Source: a virus (taxonomy: Duplodnaviria; Caudoviricetes). Taken from it: a stretch of DNA of 64,000 bases. Each line of letters begins with the position of its first letter. Within the stretch, counting starts at the first letter, position 1. Both the position numbers and the translations under genes were made by a program. The notes under the pieces were generated by a model. That model saw nothing but the letters and a program-made list of their open reading frames with translations, was not told where the DNA came from and did no database searches. Positions 29,548 to 38,439 of this stretch are shown here, piece after piece. The DNA is taken from IMG/VR virus record IMGVR_UViG_3300020577_003313; one strand, written 5' to 3'.

Positions 29548-30048
29548 TTATACGAAAACTGTTGCGTTGATTATTTCTGAAGAAATCGACGCGCTTTGAA
29601 ATCCTTTTTGCTTATGCAACAATACATGGCAAAGAGTTAGTAGTAGCTCTAATAAGCTGGGTGTTATCTTATTCCTAATGTAGAATAATTTTGCTGCCAG
29701 TAAAATTTCATCTGGTCCGAATCCTGTATCACAACGACGGCACAATCCTTTATGAGCTAAGTATATGCCATTTGGCAATGGGTGCCTGCTGTACGCTACT
29801 TCTCTCAGAAGTAAATCTAAATTCTTTTCTACTCTAGTGCCACTATAAAATGTTGCGTAATTTGCACTACAATATTTACATACAATCGGTAGATTATATA
29901 TTATTTCGTGGTTCTTTCTATATGTATAACTATTGTATAGGTCTATCAAATTATACTTCGATCTATAGGGAAAATCACTACCTAGGAAATGCTTATCGTT
30001 AAAACAATAGTCAATATTATCTACACTAAGTTGTTTAGTTTTACCCAT
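29548..30048 (-). CDS. Cys-rich hypothetical protein (possible divergent member of the Zn-ribbon array)
   Basis: FLGSDFP, CKYC, CRRC, TPSLLE. Confidence 0.55.
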   Translation of the reverse strand: MGKTKQLSVDNIDYCFNDKHFLGSDFPYRSKYNLIDLYNSYTYRKNHEIIYNLPIVCKYCSANYATFYSGTRVEKNLDLLLREVAYSRHPLPNGIYLAHKGLCRRCDTGFGPDEILLAAKLFYIRNKITPSLLELLLTLCHVLLHKQKGFQSASISSEIINATVFV

Positions 30049-30053
30049 AACAT

Positions 30054-30350
30054 TTATGATTTATGGTTTTTAATGATATGAAGAGCTCTGTTCCTCTGTG
30101 CTTCGTCTGCTTTTTCTAGAATCCAAGTAGAGTCATTACTTGGTCTCTTAGCACATACTACATCGTAGCTGAGATAGTTTAGGTTCTGTTTGTCATAGAC
30201 AGATACATGTCTTACTTTCTCTTCGTTAAATGTGATAAATATTAGACCGTTCTTTACGGTCTTAGAATTGATAATGAAATTAATCATATCATCTACAGAT
30301 GAGAATCCATCTTTGTTTATTCTTTGAATAACTTCGTCTACTGTATTCAT
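30054..30350 (-). CDS. Hypothetical protein
   Basis: ORF packing. Confidence 0.55.
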   Translation of the reverse strand: MNTVDEVIQRINKDGFSSVDDMINFIINSKTVKNGLIFITFNEEKVRHVSVYDKQNLNYLSYDVVCAKRPSNDSTWILEKADEAQRNRALHIIKNHKS

Positions 30351-30652
30351 TGGAACCTAACATTAACTAGGTAATCTCCAATTTTAGGAGTACCAATTAT
30401 TGCACTTCTTATACATTCGCCACTATCGTCTACTTCTTTAGCTAAAGCAAATATGTTAAAGTTGCAAGTGACGCAGACACTTTTTACTATAACATTATAG
30501 AGACAGTCACAAGTCCCAGATTGGCACGGGCAGTAGTAACTATACACTATATTAGATACTTCTCTATAAGTTTTGCAAGAACTACAGTACATTAAATCCC
30601 GAATTATTCCGGGAAGATTTTCTCTCAAGATATCGAAAAGAGTACTAGACAT
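30347..30652 (-). CDS. Zn-ribbon microprotein, array member 8
   Basis: ILRENLP, YCSSC, CVTC, PKIGDYLVNVRF. Confidence 0.7.
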   Translation of the reverse strand: MSSTLFDILRENLPGIIRDLMYCSSCKTYREVSNIVYSYYCPCQSGTCDCLYNVIVKSVCVTCNFNIFALAKEVDDSGECIRSAIIGTPKIGDYLVNVRFQ

Positions 30653-30920
30653 ACATGATATTATTTATGTACTCAGAAACGGTAGGTAAGGCGCTCATAT
30701 CTATTTTTGAGAATGGACTAAACTCCATAATTATGATTCTCGAACCACAATCAGGACAGCTAAAGCTTGCAAAGAATAAATAAGAAGGCGGAATCTTTTT
30801 GTGTTCTTTACATACATTGCAATAGCTAGTCCCTAGACAAACTACTTTGTGATTATTAATAATCTCCTCTACATAAGTAGTTCTTGGTAATTTCTGCATT
30901 AGAAATGGTACCTTATTCAT
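30645..30920 (-). CDS. Zn-ribbon microprotein, array member 7
   Basis: FLMQKLP, YCNVC, CPDC, LPTVSEYINNIMY. Confidence 0.7.
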   Translation of the reverse strand: MNKVPFLMQKLPRTTYVEEIINNHKVVCLGTSYCNVCKEHKKIPPSYLFFASFSCPDCGSRIIIMEFSPFSKIDMSALPTVSEYINNIMYV

Positions 30921-30966
30921 ATTTAATACTGTTTATATATTGAGATAAAGGAAGAAACAAAGACTT
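30913..30966 (-). pseudogene. Orphan C-terminal remnant of an array paralog
   Basis: Translates KSLFLPLSQYINSIKYE*, matching LPSFYQYINSIQYA of member 5. Confidence 0.6.
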
Positions 30967-30967
30967 C

Positions 30968-31240
30968 TTACAAAAATTTTGCACGAATAATTCTTTCCTC
31001 TATAGTAGGCAGAGATGTGGGAGCAATGTACTTATTATCTTTTTCGTATAGCTGAATCCTAAGTTTACAATGAGTACACCAATATTCAAATACAGAATTT
31101 TCTTCCTGTACCCCTAGGTACTTAGTTGTTATGTAAGACATAGGAGTATAATCATGGCATCTACTACAATATATTTTTGGTTTACCGAAAGTTCCTCCTA
31201 CTAAAACTGGAGGTATAGTTTCCTTTAAAAACTTAGGCAT
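30968..31240 (-). CDS. Zn-ribbon microprotein, array member 6 (start moved to MPKFL)
   Basis: FLKETIP, YCSRC, CTHC, LPTIEERIIRAKF. Confidence 0.7.
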   Translation of the reverse strand: MPKFLKETIPPVLVGGTFGKPKIYCSRCHDYTPMSYITTKYLGVQEENSVFEYWCTHCKLRIQLYEKDNKYIAPTSLPTIEERIIRAKFL

Positions 31241-31565
31241 ACTGTATAGAGTTAATGTACTGATAGAAGCTGGGGAGCTTAAAGTTACTAACATATTCTA
31301 TACTTGTTTCTTTATCTATAAGTCTAATTTCATCAAACAATGTTTTTTTACTACAATCTTTACATGTATACCTATATTTAGTTACTATGGTAAGCCGAGT
31401 AAGACCAGTCTTCAAGACTTTTGGGTCATCTAATGCATAAGCATAAATAGGATAATATTTTACGTATCCTATACAATGAACACAATATATTTTGCTTCCA
31501 TCTGGTGCGCCGTAGATGAAGAAAGGTATATCTTTAGACAAGAAAGGTACATTAGAGTTGTTCAT
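31233..31565 (-). CDS. Zn-ribbon microprotein, array member 5
   Basis: FLSKDIP, YCVHC, CKDC, LPSFYQYINSIQY. Confidence 0.7.
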   Translation of the reverse strand: MNNSNVPFLSKDIPFFIYGAPDGSKIYCVHCIGYVKYYPIYAYALDDPKVLKTGLTRLTIVTKYRYTCKDCSKKTLFDEIRLIDKETSIEYVSNFKLPSFYQYINSIQYA

Positions 31566-31567
31566 AC

Positions 31568-31933
31568 TTACTTAAAGTCTATAGAATTAATGTACCTACT
31601 ATAAGTAGGCATCTCGAATTCAATCGGTGAGTATCTTATACTGAGAACAGCTTTTAACTTGAGGCAAAAACTGCAAGTTTCTAAGTAGCGCCCTGTCTTT
31701 TTACAACAATTACATAAGTAATCAAATTGAGTTATAGTAACTTTATTATCGTCAATGGTCTTTGTTTCATTTATTCTAGGCACAATATTTTTGAAGTCAT
31801 AATTAGTATAAGTCTTGCAGAGTGAACAGTATATAGTAGTATGTCCGTAGCCAATAGATGTAAAACCCCTTTTTCCATCATAAGAAAATATTGGCATTTC
31901 TTCTTCTAGAATAGAGTATTTGTTGTTATTCAT
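31568..31933 (-). CDS. Zn-ribbon microprotein, array member 4
   Basis: ILEEEMP, YCSLC, CNCC, MPTYSRYINSIDF. Confidence 0.7.
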   Translation of the reverse strand: MNNNKYSILEEEMPIFSYDGKRGFTSIGYGHTTIYCSLCKTYTNYDFKNIVPRINETKTIDDNKVTITQFDYLCNCCKKTGRYLETCSFCLKLKAVLSIRYSPIEFEMPTYSRYINSIDFK

Positions 31934-32258
31934 ATTTAGCAGCGCAAATGTATTCCATTACAGTCTGTACTACTTCTTCTACTATTCTGTTTCCTACTCC
32001 AGATATAATCTCTATTCCGAATTCTCTGTTACATTCTTTGCATGTATAAATATAGTTATCCGGCATAAATATACCGTATCTTTCAAATCTATGTAGTTTA
32101 TTAACCAGATATATACTATAGTCTTTGCAGTGAGGGCAGTAAACAAAATATCTAGCACCTCCGTCTACTCCTTTTAGTATAAAAGTAGGCATATCATCTT
32201 CTAAAAACTTCATAGACCTTTCTCGAACTTCGTAGCCTCTTGGGATCACAAGTTTCAT
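31926..32258 (-). CDS. Zn-ribbon microprotein, array member 3 (start at the ATGA overlap)
   Basis: FLEDDMP, YCPHC, CKEC, QTVMEYICAAKY. Confidence 0.7.
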   Translation of the reverse strand: MKLVIPRGYEVRERSMKFLEDDMPTFILKGVDGGARYFVYCPHCKDYSIYLVNKLHRFERYGIFMPDNYIYTCKECNREFGIEIISGVGNRIVEEVVQTVMEYICAAKYE

Positions 32259-32515
32259 AAAAACTTTACAGATATAATGTGTTCCTGAATTGTAGGAATT
32301 GGGTAATTCTCGCACTCTACTGCTTCTTCTCTGTACATATCCCATCTTATAGTAGCAGGACTAGAGCAGCTAACACAACTTACATAATAAATAATAGAGT
32401 TATATTGCTTAATACTATGAGTGTGCTGTTTGTATCCTCTGTAGGTACTGCATTTTGTGCAGTAGAAAATACTTCTTCTAGGTATATAGGGTATAATTTT
32501 TTCTAAAATGAACAT
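32255..32515 (-). CDS. Zn-ribbon microprotein, array member 2
   Basis: ILEKIIP, YCTKC, CVSC, IPTIQEHIISVKF. Confidence 0.7.
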   Translation of the reverse strand: MFILEKIIPYIPRRSIFYCTKCSTYRGYKQHTHSIKQYNSIIYYVSCVSCSSPATIRWDMYREEAVECENYPIPTIQEHIISVKFL

Positions 32516-32516
32516 T

Positions 32517-32891
32517 CTAGAAGAAGCGAATATTTGTAATTTTTTCTTGAACTGTGAGAGGGACGGGTCTTTTCAGTGAGTTAGCTTGGTATTCGCTAAT
32601 CTTTCTGAGATCAGATAAAATCTGTCCGTTAGTATTTATAAAGGATGCTGTGTAGTATTTACAGTGGTTACAGGTTAGATAGTATACAGGGCTATCAATA
32701 CTGTTCTGAGATACTTTAGTGTAAAAACTTATATTGTAATTAAGATTTTTCTGTAGCGCCAGTCTGTTATACTCACTAAGTATAGTGTAACGTTCGCAAC
32801 GTACACAAAATATTAGGGTATCAGAGTTCCACTTTCTAGGGATAACGATTATATATTCGTCTAAGAATGATCTGGATGTTTTGCTTTCCAT
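32517..32891 (-). CDS. Zn-ribbon microprotein, array member 1
   Basis: FLDEYI, FCVRC, CNHC, PLTVQEKITNIRF. Confidence 0.7.
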   Translation of the reverse strand: MESKTSRSFLDEYIIVIPRKWNSDTLIFCVRCERYTILSEYNRLALQKNLNYNISFYTKVSQNSIDSPVYYLTCNHCKYYTASFINTNGQILSDLRKISEYQANSLKRPVPLTVQEKITNIRFF

Positions 32892-33175
32892 AGTTTCAAG
32901 AAGAGTTCTATGTCGACAAGAACCTGTATCCCCCCGTCAGTTTTCTGTATATATAGCCAATCTTTAAATCTTTTCTGAGCTTGCTCTTTTAACTTATTGA
33001 GTTCTTTATTGTCTACATGGAAGTTCTTCTTTCCATTCTTTACTTTACATTCAACTATGTAGTCATAGTCACCCATGTCTGCATTGTTAAACATTGCCCC
33101 GGAGTTCGCGGTCTTTCTAAGACCGAGTAGCTGGGCAATCTCATCTTCTAGCTCATCCCCGATTTTTCTAGACAT
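32861..33175 (-). CDS. Holliday junction resolvase (Hjc-like PD-(D/E)XK)
   Basis: GDELE, NSGA, D...VECK. Confidence 0.7.
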   Translation of the reverse strand: MSRKIGDELEDEIAQLLGLRKTANSGAMFNNADMGDYDYIVECKVKNGKKNFHVDNKELNKLKEQAQKRFKDWLYIQKTDGGIQVLVDIELFLKLWKAKHPDHS

Positions 33176-33255
33176 AAATCAAAATCCAAAATTTTTTCTC
33201 ATTGCAAAAACGATTTTTTCGGTCTATTTGCAATTTTTTGACAATACTGCGCATT

Positions 33256-33304
33256 AAAAAAATAAGCTAGATTAGCCATGTATTTCTACATAACTAACCT
33301 AGCT
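33256..33304 (-). terminator. Intrinsic terminator
   Basis: AGCTAGGTTAG-TTATGTA-GAAA-TACATGG-CTAATCTAGCT hairpin then TATTTTTTT. Confidence 0.75.
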
Positions 33305-33309
33305 CAAAA

Positions 33310-33588
33310 TCAGACTTCCATCGTCTGTAGCTGATTTATCCAGTTCTTGCTATATGCAGCCTTCATGAGGCTGTCAATAGACATTGTGCGCTGGATCTTG
33401 TTACCGTGCTTATCTCTCTTGTAAAGAGACACGCGGCCACTCCCGTGATTGAAATCCTTAGGAGTTAAGCAGTAACCAGTTGTCAGATTAATGACAACTC
33501 CAAACGCCGAAATCCCGTAATTAGTAAAACCAGGGACTTGACGATACCGAGAACCATTAACACGAACTGTCTTTGGATTATTAGCCAT
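33310..33588 (-). CDS. Stand-alone NUMOD4-like domain protein (start at MANNPK)
   Basis: YRQVPGFTNYGISAFGVVIN...VSLYK; no HNH follows. Confidence 0.55.
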   Translation of the reverse strand: MANNPKTVRVNGSRYRQVPGFTNYGISAFGVVINLTTGYCLTPKDFNHGSGRVSLYKRDKHGNKIQRTMSIDSLMKAAYSKNWINQLQTMEV

Positions 33589-33674
33589 ACTATTCTTAAC
33601 CATTTTATTAGGGGTTCCATTGGAAACATATTGATAGAGACCTCGCGGCACATAAGTGCCGTTTAGTCTAAATA

Positions 33675-35522
33675 CTAGTGTGCGTCTTTCCAAGACTTAC
33701 CAAGTCTACCGTCTACTTCCATTGGAACTGAAAGTACAATAGCATTTCTCATAATTTCAGTAATATCTGGTAAGATAGACTCTTCGCTAGGATGAACGTC
33801 AAGCACGAGCTCATCGTGAACTTGCATTATCATCTTGGATCTTAAAGACTTCAGGTATTTGTCAATACCGATCATAGAGATCTTGGCTTGATCAGCAGCA
33901 GTACCTTGCACTATGGCATTAGGACCCTCTCTGAGAGCCTCGGCTCTGATGAATCTTATCGGCGAGAATACCTTGGGTATGTATCTACGTCTACCCGTCA
34001 GGGTAGAGACGAATCCGTGCTTTGAAAGATAAGTGCGCGACTCTTTTATCCAAGAAGACACATGAGTCATCTTGCTCATGTACTGCTCGATAAGAGCTTT
34101 GGCCTCTTCTACAGTGATTCCTAGCTCATTACTGAGCTTCTCTGCTTCCATACCATAGATCAGACCATAGTTAATAGTCTTGGTCTTATTTCTTTGATCC
34201 TTCGTTACCTTGTCTTCGGCTACTCCAAAGATTGAAGATGCCACAGTAATGTGGACGTCCTTATTATTGTTATAGGCCGTTACAAGTGAAGGCTCTTGGC
34301 TTAGATGAGCCATGATTCTCAGCTCCTGCTGAGAATAGTCAAACGATGCTATCTTGCCATTCTCGAACCTAGATACAAACGCGCCTCGGATTCTTTCTCC
34401 AAGAGCTTCTCTCTTGGGAATGTTCTGAAGATTAGGATCAGAAGACGCCAGTCTTCCAGTAGAAGTTACATGCTGATTGAAGCTAGCGTGTAGCATCTTA
34501 TCATACTTACTGATAGCCTCTGGAATAGGCTCTACATAAGTAGACATAAGCTTATTCAGCTTCTTGACCTGCAATATATTACCTACCACTGGCTCATCCT
34601 TGATGAGCTTTAGGGTCTTCTCGTTGGTAGATAACTTTCCGGTCTTGGTCTTCTTTACTTTAATGCCTCTTTTATCAAAGAGGTTAAGCTGATTATATAC
34701 TAGCTCTCCGATCTGATTAGCATTAGTAATTGTGATCTCTTTGCCAGCAATGTCATTTATTTGAGACTTGAGTATATTGATCGAGCTGATTAGCTCTTCC
34801 TTGAGTTCTGAAAGAACTCTAGTATCTATTGATACTCCGTTACACTCCATCTCAGCTAGGATGGGAGTCAGCTTACTTTCAATCTCGTTAAATAACTTCC
34901 GAGCATACTCATTTTCTGGAAGAGTAAACAAGTATGAATAATACTCATACAGACGCATCGTGAAGTCAACGTCTTCCATGCAGTAAACGCCGACCATATT
35001 GACAGGACTGTCCAACATAGTTGGACTTTCTGCTTTTGGTTCTCCTCGTTTCTTCGGCTTTTTAGCAGGAATTACAGACTTGGTCCTAATCTTAATATGA
35101 CCAAAATGGTTCATAGCCATTTCGTCTAATTTATGAGAAACCTTATCACAAAATAGACAATAACTGGCTACCATCGTGTCCATCTTTATATTCTTGATTT
35201 TTATGCCAAATCGAGAATACACACGATAGTCATACTTTATGTTCTGACCTATCTTTCCAAGATTTTCGTCCTCCAGAGGGACTGAAATAGCCGAAATTAT
35301 ATCTTCTATCGAAAATTCAGCTGTGGGATCATTGAATGGGATATAAAATGCTTCCCTAGGTTTTACAGAAAATCCCGCGCCGACTATCTTGATCTTATCG
35401 CTATGAGTTTCTAAGCTAGTAGTTTCTAAGTCAGTACAAAACGATTCATTTCTGTACAAATAGGAAACGAGCTCAGAAAGTTCACTCTTTTTCCTGATTA
35501 TCTTGTAATTCAGATTCGTCAT
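33675..35522 (-). CDS. polA: DNA polymerase family A (3'-5' exonuclease + polymerase, no 5'-3' exonuclease)
   Basis: DLET exo I, TGRLAS.PNLQNIP, DYSQQELR, KTINYGLIYG, VHDE. Confidence 0.95.
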   Translation of the reverse strand: MTNLNYKIIRKKSELSELVSYLYRNESFCTDLETTSLETHSDKIKIVGAGFSVKPREAFYIPFNDPTAEFSIEDIISAISVPLEDENLGKIGQNIKYDYRVYSRFGIKIKNIKMDTMVASYCLFCDKVSHKLDEMAMNHFGHIKIRTKSVIPAKKPKKRGEPKAESPTMLDSPVNMVGVYCMEDVDFTMRLYEYYSYLFTLPENEYARKLFNEIESKLTPILAEMECNGVSIDTRVLSELKEELISSINILKSQINDIAGKEITITNANQIGELVYNQLNLFDKRGIKVKKTKTGKLSTNEKTLKLIKDEPVVGNILQVKKLNKLMSTYVEPIPEAISKYDKMLHASFNQHVTSTGRLASSDPNLQNIPKREALGERIRGAFVSRFENGKIASFDYSQQELRIMAHLSQEPSLVTAYNNNKDVHITVASSIFGVAEDKVTKDQRNKTKTINYGLIYGMEAEKLSNELGITVEEAKALIEQYMSKMTHVSSWIKESRTYLSKHGFVSTLTGRRRYIPKVFSPIRFIRAEALREGPNAIVQGTAADQAKISMIGIDKYLKSLRSKMIMQVHDELVLDVHPSEESILPDITEIMRNAIVLSVPMEVDGRLGKSWKDAH

Positions 35523-35922
35523 CGTTTTCTTCTTCTTCGTCTTCTTCCAAGATTTCAGCGTAGATTACGTCTAGCACATCTTTAGGAGTAGAATCAAGAG
35601 ATTCTACCATTTGTAGTAAATCTGGCTCTATTTCTACCAAATCACCGGAATCCTGTGACTTCATAGAGCTAACTTGAAAGAATTCGTTTATAACTACTGA
35701 CTTTACATCTTGCTCGTTTTTTATAACTGAAGCATAGCAAAGTAATAGACTGCCAAGCGGCAGAGGCTTATCAGAGGTTACAATTCTAGTTGTAGACTCA
35801 TCGTCTGACGGCATTCTTAGTAGATCAGACGAGTTGACACTTATCTTATAAGTGTTATTCTCCTGTATCTGAACTACCTGACACAGAAATCGAAGACTTT
35901 CTGCTTTCTTTTTGGTGGTCAT
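35482..35922 (-). CDS. Hypothetical protein with acidic tail
   Basis: ORF packing. Confidence 0.55.
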   Translation of the reverse strand: MTTKKKAESLRFLCQVVQIQENNTYKISVNSSDLLRMPSDDESTTRIVTSDKPLPLGSLLLCYASVIKNEQDVKSVVINEFFQVSSMKSQDSGDLVEIEPDLLQMVESLDSTPKDVLDVIYAEILEEDEEEENDDESELQDNQEKE

Positions 35923-36469
35923 ATTCTTGCTTTCTGCCTAAATCTGCGCCAAGGCTGAACATTCTTTGTAGTGCTTTGTCTAAATATTGAACATGATCTT
36001 TAAGTGCATAGTATACATACTTAATAAAAGTACTAGCAATCTTTAGATCTTCATACTTAGAAGATAGCTCTTCTGTAAGAGCTATGGAAGCATCTTTAAT
36101 ATCATCGGCAGTAATTTTAGTCGGAGTAGTAGCATCTGCGCGATTTTTTAGTTCTTTAAGAGCTAATCTAACTTTTGATCTAGCTACCTTTACTTTATCT
36201 TCTTCAGATTCTTGAAAAGAAGATGCCATAGATAGCTTTTCTGCGAGCATTAGAATAATTCCCTGGATCTGGATAATATCTGACTGAATCTCAGATTCAG
36301 AGATGTCGGCCATCCATAAAGGATTTCTATACTTGGTAACTATATCAAAAGCTTCCTTGATTAGTAAATAATCTGCATCTTCTAAGAGCTCTCTGGGCGC
36401 TTTAAGTCTTAAACTGCTATCCACTTGAATAGCTTTCATTAAATCGTGGATAGTAATTTGTTGGCTCAT
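35855..36469 (-). CDS. Helical hypothetical protein (possibly UvsY-like)
   Basis: Coiled-coil pattern, replication-module context. Confidence 0.45.
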   Translation of the reverse strand: MSQQITIHDLMKAIQVDSSLRLKAPRELLEDADYLLIKEAFDIVTKYRNPLWMADISESEIQSDIIQIQGIILMLAEKLSMASSFQESEEDKVKVARSKVRLALKELKNRADATTPTKITADDIKDASIALTEELSSKYEDLKIASTFIKYVYYALKDHVQYLDKALQRMFSLGADLGRKQEYDHQKESRKSSISVSGSSDTGE

Positions 36470-38439
36470 ATATTTTCTCTTAGTGTGCCGAACTCGTAGC
36501 TAAAGGTAGCCATAGCATAGTCTACGTAGTTTGATATGTTTTTGTTTTCAGGACCTTCGGTTTTAGTCTTAGGAGACTTTAGAGTCGGAAACTGAAGACG
36601 CTGGAACATACTACCGACTGTGCCAAAAAAAGCATCCTGATTATATACTCGTGTTATGTCCTGGGCATCGGCTCTGAATATGTTTTTTTCTTTACAGAAA
36701 GTATACTGAGAATCTACTATCGACAATAGATACCCATTCATATCATCGGTAGTTTCTTTTACATTTACTCTAGATCTATTGAACCCAAAACTCATAAGGC
36801 TCCCTAAATACAGAGACATAAGAGGAGATTCCTCCATGTCTGTTTCGCCGAAACCAAAACTTTCCATAAACTTGTAATACAAGTAGAACTTACTAGTATT
36901 GGTCTCTGCTGCTTGTTTTTCTAAACTCTCTATGTATTTAGTAGAAAATTTACTAATCCAAGTATCAAAATCTTTGTAAGACTTATATCTAGTTTTTATG
37001 TTAGCGAGAATTGCTCTTGCTATTGGAGGAGGAACTGAGCATGGCTCATTGCCAAAAACTAAAGTAGAGACTACTTGTGAACTGAACTTGTTGAAGTAAT
37101 TACTAGTACCTACAATAGGAGAAATCTTCTTAAGAAGAGATTTCTCGCACATGAAAAAGTTTCTAACTTTTTGATATATTATGTCTAAAGATGGTAATTT
37201 TTGTTCTAAGTTGGAAAGCAGATAAGAACTACCATAAGAAAATATAAGAGTAGGAATTGCGTGCTCTTCTATCTTATATGTTACTTTCTTGTAGCAAGGA
37301 GCTTTGAAAAACTCTATTTTCTGTTTGTCTTCTGGGTAGAGTAGCGCAGACAGTGTTATTAGGTTTTCCCTCTGTACATATGAGGGATGTACATAAAGAG
37401 TTTCAGCGTTAATCCAGTGAGACAAATAAGAATTAGATAAATACCTAGGAGCTATTTTCTTAGTTTTCTTTTCGATTTCATACCCTAAGCTTTCTAGATA
37501 GGTTTCTTCATTAAACAGTAAACGAAGTACTTTTTCTAGATTATTTATCTTAATTGAGTAACAACCTACAAGGTCGCACCCTTTTGTACTTAGATCTGGA
37601 TCATCATCAATATGTTGCGGAGAAGTGTTAATGAATTTACCAGTATACTCTTCCTTCAGTATCTTTCTAATTACAGAAATATCCAATACACTATCCACGC
37701 AGATAAATTGATTATCCCTATTGTATCTTATGCTATACTCAAGTGTTTTACCGTCAACAATTGTCTTTAGCCTTATAGGAACATAATGTTCTGGGGAATC
37801 ATAAGAAAATACAAAATTGATTCCTCCAGGCTCACCTGCTGCTAGCGGGAATCCGCCAGAGAATTTTTCTAGAGTTTCTTTGTTAATCTTATCGAGAAAA
37901 AATCTCGAAAGATTTGATTTCTCATGTGCAGAGAGATTTAATACAGTTCTAGAACCAACAGGTGGAGTCGCTTTTTTTAGAAATTCTTCGTTATAGAAAA
38001 ACTTATTCTTAAGAAGAGTTTTCTCTTCTGCGGTTACAGAAGGATCAAGCAATAGGTCTAATATTTCTCCAATAATATTCATCCACTCTTTAACCATATG
38101 GTTATGAGTATTTTGAAAAGTGGCACCCTTATGGGAGAACATTAATACAACTTCTGTTCCTGCCAAAGCAGGCCCCAGAATACTATTTAAGCAGTTTACT
38201 GTATAGTTTGTTATGTTTCTTGAAGATCCAGGATTATCCGGATACATCGAGCTTTCTTCACTATTCTTTAGATAGTTAAGAATATCATCCACACCCCCAG
38301 GTTCTCCTGGGGGATTTCTTTTCTCTCTAGCTAGGAACGAAACACCAGAAATATTAGTTGTTCGTACTGTTTTCAGTTTGAGAAGCAGATTCTTCTGTAT
38401 CTTTGGCAGAGTTTTCATTCTTTGTCTGTCCTGATTCAA
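36466..38439 (-). CDS. Large hypothetical protein downstream of the MoxR/VWA pair
   Basis: 657-aa ORF; GEPGG occurs twice. Confidence 0.7.
   Translation of the reverse strand: MNQDRQRMKTLPKIQKNLLLKLKTVRTTNISGVSFLAREKRNPPGEPGGVDDILNYLKNSEESSMYPDNPGSSRNITNYTVNCLNSILGPALAGTEVVLMFSHKGATFQNTHNHMVKEWMNIIGEILDLLLDPSVTAEEKTLLKNKFFYNEEFLKKATPPVGSRTVLNLSAHEKSNLSRFFLDKINKETLEKFSGGFPLAAGEPGGINFVFSYDSPEHYVPIRLKTIVDGKTLEYSIRYNRDNQFICVDSVLDISVIRKILKEEYTGKFINTSPQHIDDDPDLSTKGCDLVGCYSIKINNLEKVLRLLFNEETYLESLGYEIEKKTKKIAPRYLSNSYLSHWINAETLYVHPSYVQRENLITLSALLYPEDKQKIEFFKAPCYKKVTYKIEEHAIPTLIFSYGSSYLLSNLEQKLPSLDIIYQKVRNFFMCEKSLLKKISPIVGTSNYFNKFSSQVVSTLVFGNEPCSVPPPIARAILANIKTRYKSYKDFDTWISKFSTKYIESLEKQAAETNTSKFYLYYKFMESFGFGETDMEESPLMSLYLGSLMSFGFNRSRVNVKETTDDMNGYLLSIVDSQYTFCKEKNIFRADAQDITRVYNQDAFFGTVGSMFQRLQFPTLKSPKTKTEGPENKNISNYVDYAMATFSYEFGTLRENI

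Noticed and set aside
33176-33255. A-tract region with two TTGCAA and one TTGACA as a promoter or origin
   Set aside because: No convincing -10 element at proper spacing and no iterons; regulatory role plausible but unsupported.
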